64,000 nucleotides of DNA from Psilocybe cubensis (taxonomy: Eukaryota), in assembly GCA_017499595.2 (NCBI GenBank), contig CM039000.1, positions 3,100,001 through 3,164,000 of the forward strand, read 5' to 3'. Below are positions 39,826 through 54,346 of this stretch, piece by piece. Each line of letters starts with the position of its first letter. Position 1 is the stretch's first letter. The notes under the pieces are model-generated. The model saw only the letters and a program-made list of their open reading frames with translations. It had not been told where the DNA came from and did no database searches. A program made the position numbers and the translations under genes.

Positions 39826-42800
39826 TCACCTCAACCCGCTGTCACCCGCATCAGCGCCCAACCCATCCGCGCCCGCCAAATCGATGAACCTCGTCACCCG
39901 TTTCTTAGACCTCAGCTCTCTTCTTCTCTCCCATTCCTCATCCTCATCTCGCCTACCATCCTCACCATCGCTCCCACTTCCACTCGCCCCGCCACTCCGT
40001 CCTGCCTGAGCAGCATGCCGCTCGCACAACATGCGCCCGTCAACCTCCCAGTACTCCTCCAACCGCACCCTGCATGGCTCGCGCCCTGGGTGCTCGCAGG
40101 TCATATGTTCGGGGTGGTACCGATCACCTGTGTGTGATACGGCACAAGGGCCCTCGATGGGCTGCCCACAGCGCGCCGCGGCACAGAGCGAATCGTTCGC
40201 CTCGTGATAATGGTAGGCACAGAGCGGCTGGCCATCGTACACGTAAAAGGTTTGGTTTGGGAAGGGTTTCTGTGGAATTTAAGAATAGGTAAGTTGATTT
40301 TGATAATTAAAAGAGTAGAGAGGAAAGAGTACGAACGTGGCAAACATGGCAGTTAAAGCACTCTTTGTGGTATTTGCCCTTTAGCTGCCCATCCGAAGAT
40401 GATACCGCCTGTCTCTCAATAGGCAAATTACACCGTCGGCACTATTAAAAAGTATTAGCAAAGGAACGCAACAATGTCTGACAAAAAGAATGAAAGAAAA
40501 ATTTAAAAAACATACCTTGGGCAAATACATATTTTTCCAACAGCTCTCACACAACACACCCCCACTATCCACCGCAATCCACCGTCCATTGTCAATCGTC
40601 TTCGCACACTTCAAACACGTCTTTGGTCGCCTCGTCGTTTTCCTGGTACCAGTAACAGCACTAGCATCCGAACCCGCGCGTGAACCTCCACCAGAAGCAC
40701 CACCGCTACCGCCCAACAATTTATCACGGTCAAGTTGTGGGCTCGTCATCGAGCGCGTGGGTAGCTTGATCGGCTTCTGCGAGCCGTCAGGCGACTGCAA
40801 CCCTTGCACAGTATTACTCCGCTGCGTCTTCGCCCCGCCTGTATTCATATTCATATTTTCGCTGGCAGCGTTCGCAGCGCGGATATCGACGTTAATGTTC
40901 CGCATTCGCCCACGCCTGTCCTCCTCGTCCTTGCTCTCCAACGACCCTAACCGTTCCCTCTCCCTCTGCGCCTGCAAATCCGCATTGCTCGTAATCGATC
41001 CATCGCGCTTGCGTTCCCTCTCTGTCCTCTCTCCCTTGACACTGCCATTTCCACTGTCTTCCACACCACCCGCCGCGCGCCGGATGCTCCCACCCAAGAT
41101 ACCATCCCGCTTCAAACTCCTGCTCCTCTCCGTCGCAACGACACCCGGCCCACCCATACGCGCATACTCGCTCGGCGGGGTCTGCGAGAGACCCAGCGCC
41201 TGGGCGATCGCCGCAGACGCCGTCGATCCCGTGCGTTCGCGCACACGCTGCTTCAGCCCATTCTCTCCACCCTCGCCATCCACGGACGAGTAAGAAGACG
41301 ACGCAGACGTGTCGCGCGAGTGTGTCGGACGCGGCTGACGGCTATTCAGAGACGAGCCGGACGCGCCCAACGCGCCGCGGTCCTGCGATCTACTACGACT
41401 CCGCGTGCGCACCGAGCCAAACTGCATAGCGGACGACTTGCTCGCGCTGCTGCTCGTCGACATCTTGCGCAGCATCTCCGCCATCCCTGCGGCTGGCAAT
41501 GGCGGGAGCGGCTGTGTGGTTATTGGCGGCGGCGAGCTCTCTCTGAACCGGTTCCGCGCGACACTTCCGCTGCCTGCGCTGTGCGCGCTTGACATCGACA
41601 GCATGCGTTTCCTGCCCTCGTGCTCTTCATCTGCGCCCTCGTCGTCCGTAGAATCTGCGTACGCGAGTCCACCGTACTCCGACTCTGAGTCGATTGGCGA
41701 GATCGGGGGAAGCTCGTTCTCTTTAATTTTGTTCTTCGTCAGCGTGAGCGGTTTGGTAAATGACATTCCCGACGCGCCGCTCTGCGATCGTGAGAGGACA
41801 GAGGTGCCTGTGTAGCTCGAGGCGGAGGAGGCCGTAGCCGTTCGTGTGAGGTTTGTGTTTCCATTCGCGCTTGTCGGGGGTGGAGGCAGAGGAGACATTG
41901 GCGGCTGGTTGGGGTTGGGCGCGGATTTGTTGATGTTGTTGGTGGGGAATGGCATGCCGCCACCGCCGCCTACGCTGACGGGTGACATGGGTGGGCCAGG
42001 CGAGTGAGACGAGTAACCCGAGCCTGCTGAAAGAGGCGGCGTTGCGTTCGAAGCTGCATTGAGGTGTCATTTAAAGCACAAGACATGGAATAGCAATTAA
42101 TAAAATTAAATGTGATGATCAGTAAAAACCTCGACGCGTTAATTTCAAAAAAATTGCTTACACCGTGGTATTGAATCTATATCCAGCAATCTAGGCGCCA
42201 TACCAGGCGGTGGCATCGGTCGATACCCTCCTGGTCCTGGTGGTGGTCCTGGCGGCGGCATTCCACGTCCTTGCATCGGCTGCGGTCCCATCATCATCCC
42301 AGGACCAGCTCCCTGCATCCCACCAGGATTATGCGGACTTACAAACATCGCCGCCCTCGCCGCCGCCGCAAACCCGCGCCTGCCCACCCCAGCCATCCCC
42401 GCTTCGCCGCCTGATTTTGTATCGATGCCTCGCTCTGCCGGGGGCACAAAGTTTTGTCGATACAACGTGTTATTTCTGTTTATACCGCTGCCTTCCGCAG
42501 TCGGTTTGAGGTTGTTGTTATTGGGATTGTTAAAATTGGGCTCGGAAATGGAATGAGATGGAGGAGACGGGCGAGCAATGGGTGGTCCCACAGGCCCAGA
42601 AATTTGTGGACCCGGACGGTAGTTTCCATTAGGGTAGGGTCCGGGACCGGTGTTGTTAATATTTAGAGGTGGTGCGGAGCCTGTGCGACTGGGGAATGAG
42701 TTTGAGGTCGGGAAGGGGATAGTTGCACTGGGCGGACCGCGCGGGGTGGCGCTGATATTAGAATTGGGAGAAACGGGGCGTCCGCCTTGGACGGGGGTCG

Positions 42801-43485
42801 TAGATGGCGAATCAAGGAAGGAGTTACCGGGGCGCGCGGTCAATGGCGACGACTGCTTTGAAATAGATCCTGCATTTGACGGCGTGCGCATGCGGTTTGG
42901 GATAGTCGCTGACCCCGGCGGAGGCTGCGTACGTAAAGGTGACGCAGCAGACGAAGAGGATGCAGCATACGAATTCGAGTACGAGTGTGAATTGCTGCTG
43001 CTGGGGGAGGGATACGGCGGCTCACGCGGCTGCGGGGATCGCGCATCGCTCCTGTTTGACGTCGACGAATCTGCGCGAGCAAGGGGGCTTGATCTAGGTT
43101 GAAAGGAGGGCTGAGTTGGCGAGGGTGGACCTCGAGCATTAACATTGATTCTCAACCTCGAGGCTGAGCTAGAACTTGGGACCTGAGCAGGCGCCTGTAC
43201 TTGCGGTGGTGCTCGTGGCGAGCTGGCTGGGCCGCTAGCTGGACCAGCGGCGACACGACTTTGGAGCCTGTCTGGAAGAAGAGCGGTGGCAGCCTCTGGA
43301 GTGATGGCGGGTTTTGGAAGAGATGGAACTGGCGGGGGCGCTGTGCAGGTGTGGTCGCCGAGCTCATCGAGGGGAACAGGCTTGTGGCATGTAGAACACT
43401 TGACGGTGGGGAGGAGCTGGGATATCCTAGCTGGCTGCTGGCTGGTTGGGCTGCTGCTAGAGGGCGAGAGGAGGGAGGCTATCAT
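39826..43485 (-). CDS. LIM-domain protein (paxillin/Pxl1-like) with N-terminal CxxC...HxC finger and long disordered middle
   Basis: CSTCHKPVPLDELGDHTC near the N-terminus. The C-terminal LIM fingers read CLKCAKTI...CESCW, CRRCNLPI...YHKECFNCHVC...CAYHYH and CAAARCGQPI...YHPEHMTC...CERH. Confidence 0.85.
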
Positions 43486-45902
43486 TGTGGGACATGGACA
43501 TGGGCGTAGTAAGCTAACATTTATTTTGCATATAATAGCCGAGCAACATGTGAACCACTCGTTGCTCTGCTATCACACAAGCACAAATGTCCTCCTATGT
43601 CTGTCTGCCTTGAGTACTTTCCCTTGACGTAACTAGGCCGCTTTGACTCTGATGATTTCATCCATCTCGTAACTCTAATCTTCTATTTCATGAATTACAA
43701 CTAGGCTCTTAGCTCAACGTCGGTCCCGTTTCTGACTTGTCAGACTTCATACAGCATCCCCGGCATCTCCATTCCCAAGCCTTCCACCCATACTGTCATC
43801 ATAGAAGCTTCTCCGTTGTCCTCTTAACCAAGGCAACCAAGACTTTCCGTCTTGTAGGTCCAAAATATTTCTCTGCCTCGCATAAAATCCGACTACAGCT
43901 CCCGTATCGAGGATAGGCGCTATCTCTGGTCAAGCGATCCCACGGCCTGTGCTTCGATGCATAAAGTCCTGCAAAACATAAACCACTTTTCTTTCGCGCG
44001 TCCTCGTGCACCCTTCCAGTCAGTCATGCACAAGATCCCTGAAAAAGTGCACCCGTTCTCACCATATGATCCTTTCCTCAGCTCTCGACATCAAACTACG
44101 CCTATTCTTTTGTTATAAACAGGCATCTAAAATAATCCCGATTTTCCTACAGTAGGCTGGAAATAGATAGAGACAGCCTGCTAGCGTGGATCTCGAGAGT
44201 CGTTGATCTCTCACTACTCCATCTTCATGGACAGCTCGCGATGAGCGACCGAATTACCCTCCTTGTTTTCCGACATCTTAACAACGCATCGAGAAAATCA
44301 GTGTGGCAGCTCCCTTCCCTTTCGCACAATATCCGCATGTACCACGGGTGAAGACACGACTGCATATATCGACGAAATGCCCTTCTGACGGTTGAATTAA
44401 ATACCCACCGCGCATATTGGGGACGAAGCTCGAGTTGAGCTCGCGTCTGGCTTGCACGTTGATGGATATACACGAGCCGTCAATGTCTTATCGCAAACCC
44501 TCTACCTCCGACATACCTTTCCTCTTGAAAGCAGTGTCGTGCTGTGCAGCGCTGGGGTGTTTATCTCGAATGGGATATAATTTATCGATGAACGAGACTC
44601 TCGTCAGCGAGTGGTCAGAGGTCAGAAAATGAACTGCTAGTCATAGAATCCGGAACAAGAGCGTTCCAGAAGAGAGAGATATCACAGAAGCATCGACAGC
44701 TGGGTAGACTCGGAAAGGGCGATATAGTTATCGGTCACTCGACCCTTAGCACGTCGCCTGTGTGGCTTACTTAGGCATACACGAGGCGGTTCACGACATG
44801 CACGGTTTGAATGGCCAGCAGCGGTGCTCTGCTCTAAAAAATATATCGTGATTATTGGGGGCGTGGCGTATTTTCTTAGATCTGCCCCACAAATCACCAG
44901 TCGTCATGAATCACAATGAGGGTTTACAGTTACATCCGACGGGGTACGGTTAGCTAGGTCCGACGTAACTGGGGTCCATGTCCCGGAATACAAGCTTTCT
45001 GTTTGCTGTCCACGACATGATTATCGACTGCGGGCGTGTTCATCTAATGCGCTACTATGCGTATACAGGCATCGCTTTTGAAACCAGAACATCCACCTTT
45101 TACGTTTGACAACTGAGCCCGGCTTTTCTTTTCTGGATTTCTGGCTGTCATTCCACATAGGCTCTTAACTGTATGTCTTGCAACAATCCAATCTCGTCCA
45201 ATCCCCAAGCACAGAAGGAAATGTGTTTTCATATTATGCCGGAGTGATCTTGTCCTTCTATATCATCGAAGCAGCAAATGGAGCTCGATCAAGTTCGCTT
45301 GCAAACAACAATCGTATCCTCTTTATTATCATCAGCTGTGCCAATACTCATGCAGCCCCATTATGGACTTCATAAAGGGGATTCCTCGTATGGTACCTAA
45401 GGTGCTGTGGTGTATATTAGAACCGGCAAGTATTCGGAAACTGATCGAATTAGAAGAAGGTGCGTGTTCGGTCACTCCAAGGTATGGGCTGTATATCTAA
45501 CCCGTATCAGGTAGACAGCGGTACGATATAACGAAAAGTCATGGTCCGAATTTTAATCCCACAAAGATTATGAAAACAGATGAAAAGTTGCGTGCAACTC
45601 GAGAAAAATAAACCAGTAGATAGAGATCTTGTTTCTTGCTTTGATTAAACGTTATCGGATTACTCTTCCCCATTCAACGCAGCAAGCCCAGTTTCAGGCT
45701 TCGTTGGTACACCTAAAGGTAAGATTAATTAACCACCACCATAACCGAACTATGCATACTATTGACCACTGATGGCTAAAAATAGTACAAACCTCGAAAA
45801 AGCGAGCAGCAGTCTTTCACTTTTGGCTCACGTTAATATTCACCGAAGATATGCGATTCTTCCTATTGATACAATCGCATCCATAGCCATGGCACCGCAT
45901 AC

Positions 45903-47768
45903 ATGTACAGGAATCAAACTGGCATCCCCATCGGACGCTTAAAAAGCAGCCTGACCATCAGCCAAGGGTCACGAAGCATCAAAACTTTGAGCAAAATGCT
46001 TGGACACATAGCAGAGAAAATCCAGTCGACCTCGCCGCGCGTCCTCTCTAGCTGGAGGAGATCGAGCCGTAGCGCTGCCCCCGTCCAGTCGCGTCCTCTC
46101 GCTGTGCACGGCAAGCGCCGCCCATTCTCTCTCGAAGCGATCAAAGCCATCTTCGTCGTTGCGTCCAGGAGCATCCGGCGATACTGTATCCCGCGAAACG
46201 ATGTTATCCAGTTCACGCTTAACTGGACTATGCTTGTCGGGACTTGCCTCACGGGCTTCGTCTTCTTCGCTTTGCACATGACTGTAAAGCCAACGCAGTT
46301 TGTGGCGCCAATGGACATGGACCCTTCACTGTTCCAGCCGGATGTAAGTGTTTTACTTCTGTTGCTAAAGGCAAAGGTTGTAATACTTCTCTTCTCCACC
46401 TCCGCCAGGTAAATCTCACTGCAGAGGTTGTTTCTGTCGATCCGGTGTCGAGGACGATTATCATGAACTGGTACCCTGAGCTGGTGGACCAGTCGTGTAA
46501 CATCAGCGACCCAATCATAGTTGATATATTCATACCGAAGTATACAATGCCATCTTCCATCATTCCGACACCACAAGCTCACTTTGTGAATTTTACGTTC
46601 CTGTAGGGTGCTCCTTGACGCCACCAGCCCTTCGTTTTCGACCGACACGGACGATAACGCGGTGATTCGTATGAATAACACGGCGCTGTGCTTTGCTCTC
46701 GACCAGAACTATATATCGTTCCGCACGGTCACTAAGCTCGTCGCGTCGAAAGAGTTCCTTGTCGCAGAATCGATCGGCACACAGAGGACGTTCCAGAGCT
46801 ACCCATTTGACGTGTCAGTACATCGTTTAGATATATATGTCTCTCCTGGTTCAATGCTAACTTCTGGTTTTTAGTTATGTTGCACCATTTACATTTTACT
46901 CAGAGAACTTGGCAACACCTGGAGTCACCAAACCCCTACGCGTGAGCCAATCATTCGGTATAGCCGTGTAAGTGTTCTGCTAGAACCTTTATATGAGCGA
47001 GTAATTTATAGAAATTCAATGGGAATATCCAGGAACTTTGAAATATCTCTTATTAGATATTTCGTCGCCATGCCATATATCCACACTGAACAAAACCTTC
47101 AATTTTATCTCAAAATCGAAAGATCGACGGCGACGAAGGCGTTTGTGGTTATTGTCGCTATAACAAATTGTATGTCCTATCTATACCCACACATACTATA
47201 CAACTTAGCGGACTCATTGGTCGCGTCTAGGGATAACGGCTGTGACCTTCCTGACGATTTTGGCTTCCACTCTCGTTTACCATCCGCATGAGATTTATAG
47301 TGAGCTGTTTGTGGTACCTGTAGGAGCCGTGTTTGCCTTTTCGTCGGTCAGATCCAATCTTCCAGGCGCTCCGGCAGGGTTTGGTATGGTGTTTTATAAT
47401 TAACCTATGGTCGTTTAATTGATCTCGTTTTATTTCTTCAGGGGCAACCATAGGTTAGATCATATTGGACCCTCAACACTATTGAATGACTCTAACTTTT
47501 ACTTCGTATAGATCTTTATACGATCTTACCCGTGCTCGTGATCATGTCCTTCTGCGTAAGCAATGTAGTTTGACGCTTGCTTGAACATACCGACTAAATC
47601 ATTAATACAGAGCGTCGCCTTGCTGCTCACCGTATTATATCGAAGGATAAAGGAAGAAAAGGCCAAACATATCAAGATTACAGGTAAGTCAACCATTTAT
47701 ATTGAGTAGAACTAAGAGTCTTATACCATACATTACATTCAGGCGACGATGCTTCAAGTCAACCATAA
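45903..47768 (+). CDS. Multi-pass membrane protein, DUF4436-like, many exons (start uncertain: 45903 or 45996)
   Basis: N-terminal TM segment, QSYPFDxY motif, KIERSTATKAFVVIV, then VRSNLPGAPAGFGATIDLY and a terminal TM segment; 12-nt micro-exon 47442-47453. Confidence 0.65.
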
Positions 47769-47978
47769 TGATATCTTTAGAACGTCGAATTGGCGCCAGC
47801 CTTAATATTGTTTACGACTTCTCAGAACATTAAAGACAATCACGAAGACGATCAACGTCAATCAATGCATGCAGGTATCCATCTCAGATCTCAGCGCCTA
47901 ATAGTCAATATTCCCAAGTGTATATCTGAAAACGATCAAACTATTTTAATAACTTGGCGCCCAATGACCATCCGTGAT

Positions 47979-49643
47979 TTAAGGACTTCTCTTCTCTCCC
48001 CATCCAACGTTCATAATGAGTGGCCCATACGCCGTAGCGGTGATGTATATGTTGGGTATCACTGTTTCGCACCACTGTTTAAAAGGCATGTCGGCCAAGG
48101 CAACTTCAAGTTCTTCCTTCCAGTGCCTCCTATAAATAGCCTCGTGTGGGATTGATTCCCGTCTCTTTCCTGGCTCCAAGACAGAAAGGAAGTGGATGTT
48201 GAAGTTCTTCGCCGTACGACGTATCCATCGACGAGCATGTAACTCAGTGTCCCTTTCTAGCATAGGAGCCGATAAAGTTCCTACAAACACTGCAATAAGA
48301 AGCTTTACGATAGCTTGCGGGCCAACGAACATATCGTAGAGATTCAACTCCATAAGCGGGGCTCTTGAACGCAAGAGGAGGGCATGCAGGTCGTTCAGCG
48401 AGTTTGAATTTGCAGAAAGTACAATGTCGAGGCCAAGTTTCTCTAGTGTAGGAAAAGAAAAATGCTTCAAAACATCGACGGTATCGAAATGGGAAGGAAC
48501 TAAAATCAATGTTTTGAGCGCAGGAAGTTCAGTATGGAAAGAAGTTTCCCCCGTGTGTGCATTGGACCGCCGATAAGATAACTTGAGAGGCGGGATGTTG
48601 GCGCAGAGAGAATAAAAATCTAGAGCAAGGGTTCTGTTTTGCACAACGTTCAGGTTCTCATCGCGGTTGACCAAGGACCGAAGAGTAATACTTGACGCCT
48701 GAACACATCGTGAAAGTAGCATGATGCAATTGATTTCATCCAGTTCTCCTGCAACGTCAATAATGTTGAGTTTCGACCAAAGCAACATCGAGTAAAGGTA
48801 GCCCCTTCTGAAGTGAAGCGAAACGGGGTCATTGAGTTCATACCCGTACGTCAACTCTTTCACGTTGGGTAGACCTTGAATCCTGGTTAAGAGCTTGAAT
48901 GCAGCTCCGGTGGAGCATTTCGTAGTTTCCAACCTGACACGTATGACACTGTTAGCGTGTTCCGTTATTTCCGTGCTGGAGATAAAATGTTCTGCGGTTT
49001 CACTATTGAGATCCAAGTCGATGTCGAGCCAGATCAACCTGGTGGATGGACGGAAGAGAATGTCCAGCATTTCTTCCATACATGTATCCCTTTTCGATTT
49101 CGAGCCACACCATACACGAAGGCACAAAGGTGCCCTCCAGGAAAACACGACGGAAACCCACTGTGATATAGCATATGGTGTGATAGGATGCCTACGATAA
49201 GAGTACAGGGGTTTGACCGAATCCTTGTAATAAAAGTTATAGTGGCGTTTGCCTTGCGCAGCGACAGTCGAAGAGAAAACGAGGCCATGCGCAGGGTCCA
49301 CTGGCATATGATGGACATTTCTCGTATTTACCGAGCTGGGATAGATGAAAATAATATTTTGATGCGCGTCCAGAGGAAAAAGAGGCTTCGTAACGTTCTC
49401 CATCGACTCAGCTTCGCGATTACTTCTTGAGCCAAAGGGGTAAGCATCACCATCTACCGAAGTTGGAGGCGTAGTGCTAGGTTCGGCAACGTTTGTCGAA
49501 GAACTCGAGGTGCTGGTAGACTTGGGCCTGTGATTTTGGTGGTGTCTGGCCGCGTAGAGCCTGGCGAAAACTTTTTCTTGAGTAGGGGTAGAACAGGTAG
49601 TCCACTCGTCTGAGCCACCTTTAAGCTCACTGAGGGGTTTCAT
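47979..49643 (-). CDS. Hypothetical LRR/RNI-like protein of the expanded agaric F-box-LRR type, single long exon
   Basis: 554-aa ORF with LPNVKEL, WSKLNII, LPALKTLIL, FPTLEKLGL and LLLRSRAPLMELNL; no convincing F-box at the N-terminus. Confidence 0.55.
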   Translation of the reverse strand: MKPLSELKGGSDEWTTCSTPTQEKVFARLYAARHHQNHRPKSTSTSSSSTNVAEPSTTPPTSVDGDAYPFGSRSNREAESMENVTKPLFPLDAHQNIIFIYPSSVNTRNVHHMPVDPAHGLVFSSTVAAQGKRHYNFYYKDSVKPLYSYRRHPITPYAISQWVSVVFSWRAPLCLRVWCGSKSKRDTCMEEMLDILFRPSTRLIWLDIDLDLNSETAEHFISSTEITEHANSVIRVRLETTKCSTGAAFKLLTRIQGLPNVKELTYGYELNDPVSLHFRRGYLYSMLLWSKLNIIDVAGELDEINCIMLLSRCVQASSITLRSLVNRDENLNVVQNRTLALDFYSLCANIPPLKLSYRRSNAHTGETSFHTELPALKTLILVPSHFDTVDVLKHFSFPTLEKLGLDIVLSANSNSLNDLHALLLRSRAPLMELNLYDMFVGPQAIVKLLIAVFVGTLSAPMLERDTELHARRWIRRTAKNFNIHFLSVLEPGKRRESIPHEAIYRRHWKEELEVALADMPFKQWCETVIPNIYITATAYGPLIMNVGWGEKRSP

Positions 49644-50165
49644 CGACAGTAAATATGGGAATCTTGTGCCACGAAAGATGAACTACGTCGAGAATATTTC
49701 GAGGCCACAGTGTTAGGGATTTTGTTTCGTTTGGGGAAAGGTTCTGTTTCTTGCCCATGATGTCGTGTTTATATGCCATCGAGCTTAGGTAGGACCTTGT
49801 GGCAGGATTGCCCATCAGTTTCTCTTGAACTTTTTCCTTGAAAATATAAGTTGTGGCAGTAAAACCTAAGATAGAAAGATACATACATTGGTGCAAGTAA
49901 TGCCTAGACCTGCGGTTGGGAGGTCAAGGTGACGAACAATTTCCACCGCAAATGTAGATAAAGGACTTCAATGGTGGCTGGAAGAAACACTCAAAGGGGT
50001 GACCAAGGTACTTATCCGCATTTGGTGATGAAAAGCCCCTATTGATACCCGGCCCGCTCATCATTGTTGTTACCTTCCAAGGGGCATGACAAATACCAAG
50101 CTATTGGACGCGCAACAACGCGGCCGCGTCACCTATACCAATTCTTTCAAGTCTACTTCATCATC

Positions 50166-51447
<1,282 letters not shown>

Positions 51448-51550
51448 GCGTGAACCCGACGATGTGTACAATTAGCATGTGAAATAATGACGTTTTGTTG
51501 GTTCATTGGATTTCATTTGTAGCGGTTGAAAACTCGACTCTATTGAGCTT

Positions 51551-54250
51551 TCAGCTATGTAATTCTTCTTCGTACTGGTCAACCAACATCCTTTCTTTTT
51601 CAAAGAACGTCATGGTTTCTAGGGGTTGCCACTGCAACAGGTTGAGAAAGCGATCAATAAAAGGGAAAAGACTAAACTTACTTCTGTGGAATGCCGAACT
51701 TTCCAGTAAATGAAGAGGAGAGGGACGACTGCGATCATGGTGTATGAGAACAGGAAGGATGGGACGTCCCATCTCCCTGGCAGGAAGACGGTATAGCCGC
51801 CTACGAATGCCATCGTAAAGGTAGCCACGAACGCGTAATATCTACAGAGAGGTTATCGTAATGAGCCTCATGATGACGTATGTGCATAGATAGAAACTTG
51901 CCCGCAAAACGGTTGCCAGAAGCTTTTGTGAGGAAGACTGTCGCGAGATATTCCTTGAGCCTTGAGTGCCTTGAAAGCAGATATTAGGTTAGTTCCACCA
52001 AATATTAAGGGACGAGTGTGAGGCATTGACCAACCTTATGGAAGCGAATGTAGGTGAAGGAAATGATAGCATAATTCATGAGCTGCGAAGCTGTCACCAA
52101 GTTGACAAACCTATGGCCAGAGGATTGAATGAGTGAATCGTGAGTCGATATCATTAATGCAGTAATACCATACCATTGAATGACCACCGCAGCGTTATTC
52201 GACAATTGTAACAGAGCTGGAAAAGGTATCTATAAATAAATAAAAGACACGAATAGGAAAGCTTGACCCACAAATCAACGAAATCCCAAGCGTAAGCGCG
52301 ACACAATAGATCGGCACACCGCTACCCGTACACCGCGTGAGAAACCGCGGCGCCTTGCCTTCGAGCGCGAGCCCAAACAGCGTGCGCGACGCACAAAACA
52401 CATAGCTATTTCCTGCTGAAAATACAGCGGACAATATAAGCGCGTTCATGATATGCGGTAGCACCGGAATTTTGAGGTGCTGCATCGCGATGACGTAGGG
52501 CGACGCACCTGCGCCGGGGTGCGCGTTCGATATGGCGTGGAGCAGGTCCGGGTCGTTGTAAGGCACGACGGTGCCGACGCACAGAGAGCCGAGAATGAAG
52601 AACGCGGTGAGGCGGTAGAAGACGCTGCTGAATGCCTGTGGCATATTGCGCCGCGGGTCATGAGCCTCTCCGGCGGCCATTGAGACGTAATCAGGTCCTG
52701 CAAAATGTGAGTTTTTAAAATAGGAAAAAAATAGAGAAGATGATAGGTCACGGACCAGCAATTGTGAATGAGGCTTGGATCAGACATGCAAGGAACCCCA
52801 TGAATTGGCCTAGTGAGCCGGTCTGGATGTACTCGGCAAACGGTGCTCCTTGGACTTTCGCAGCTGTACACACCACACAGGTTGCACGCTGAATAAAGTG
52901 GCTAAACAAATCAAACGAAGCAACTCACGATTCCAGTACCTGAATCCATACGCATCGTGCAAGGGATTACCTCCCACCATCGTCACAAACGTGAAGATGA
53001 TAACGCCAACAGCTAGAATGGCCTTTCCAAGGGCTAGCCAAAATTCAGATTCTAAAAACAAATCACCGTCGTTATTATTTTTAACGAACAACTTTGGATA
53101 ACTCGCGGTTTACTCACCACCGTAGAAGCGGACGGCAAAAACGTTCAGCAAACTAGACGAATTTTTGACATGAGAAAGTTGTATTCAGGGAGAAAAAGGC
53201 TGAGAGAGCAAAGGGGAAATTGCATGCCTCACCAGTAAGCGACCAAAAGAAAACATATGACAGACGCTGTGGGTATCTTATCTGTCCAGAACTGCAGAAC
53301 AACATTGAAGGCGACGATTTCAAAGGGTATCAGTGCTGTTTCGAATACGAAGAAGTTGACCCCTGCGCAGAATCCGAGGGCGGGGTCGACGAATCTATCA
53401 GCGTAGCGGACCTATACGCATACATGTCAGAGTCAACATTCATTATGTCGGTGGGTAGAACGGTGATATGCATACGAACAAACGGTGAAGATATGGGCAT
53501 CCATGTCACCATTTCGGCTAAGAACATATGTTATTTTCGTGAGTTCAACCGAATCAATGGATATAAATCAATAATACTTACAGAGACAGTTATTCACGGC
53601 CATTATTACGGTACACCATAAGCTAAACGCGATGAAAAGACTCCCTAGATTAAAAGGCTCCGTCTTCAATATCGCAGGGATGAAATCAAGTGGGAAAAAT
53701 AAAGGCTGACCTGGACCCCCTTTTGTCAGGCTGCTTCCAATCTGCACGAATAGCGCAGTGCCCACGGTGCCTAAATGAAAAAAGTAGAAAACAAACCAAC
53801 AACACGTTTTCGATCAGAAAAACTCGACGCCACGAGAAAAAGACGAGATCCAAGCACCACGGCGAGGTGCCATTGGGTGCGAATGTGAAGAAAAAAAATC
53901 GTACCTCCAATTCCAATAAGCTGGATATGTCGGTTCTATGCATAGCACAGCGCACACAAGGACACAAGGCAATACGATCCATCAGCTTCCTTTCTTCCTT
54001 TTTTGATATCCTACTTCAAAAAACACACCTTGAGAGTCCTCCGTGTCTTATCGAACACAAACGATGCTGATGCCTTGTCGTCGTCCACGTTGCGTATTTC
54101 ATCTGGTGCGCCAAGCGGCATCTTCTTCACCGAGTCTGCATCCCCGTCGCGGGTTCTGTCCTTGTCATCCATGCTCTTGGTGTTGCTTTGCCGCCGTTCG
54201 AGGGTTGGAACAGTGTCCGAGGGAGTCGTCCACGATGTAGATTTTATCAT
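51551..54250 (-). CDS. Amino-acid permease (APC/YAT family, Agp2/Put4-like), many exons
   Basis: HIQLIGIGGGIGTALF, GGPGSLF, LAEMVTWMP, YGESEFW, GPDYVSMAAGEA, SPYVIA, SRTLFGLA. Confidence 0.9.
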
Positions 54251-54325
54251 CGCGTACAAAGAGTTTAAAAGCTCAAGAAAGTGTGTACAAATTCGTAAGG
54301 TTCATAAAGCGGCGTTCAATAGCGG

Positions 54326-54346
54326 CAGTCAGTCAGTCAGTCAGTC
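54326..54346. repeat. (CAGT)5 microsatellite upstream of the permease
   Basis: cagtc agtcagtcag tcagtc read directly. Confidence 0.7.

Noticed and set aside
40490-43102. Long plus-strand ORFs (267, 150 and 136 aa) opposite the LIM gene
   Set aside because: Antisense shadows of a GC-rich coding sequence.
45914-46681. 255-aa minus-strand ORF opposite the DUF4436-like gene
   Set aside because: The plus strand has coherent exons and motifs; the antisense product has no recognisable features.
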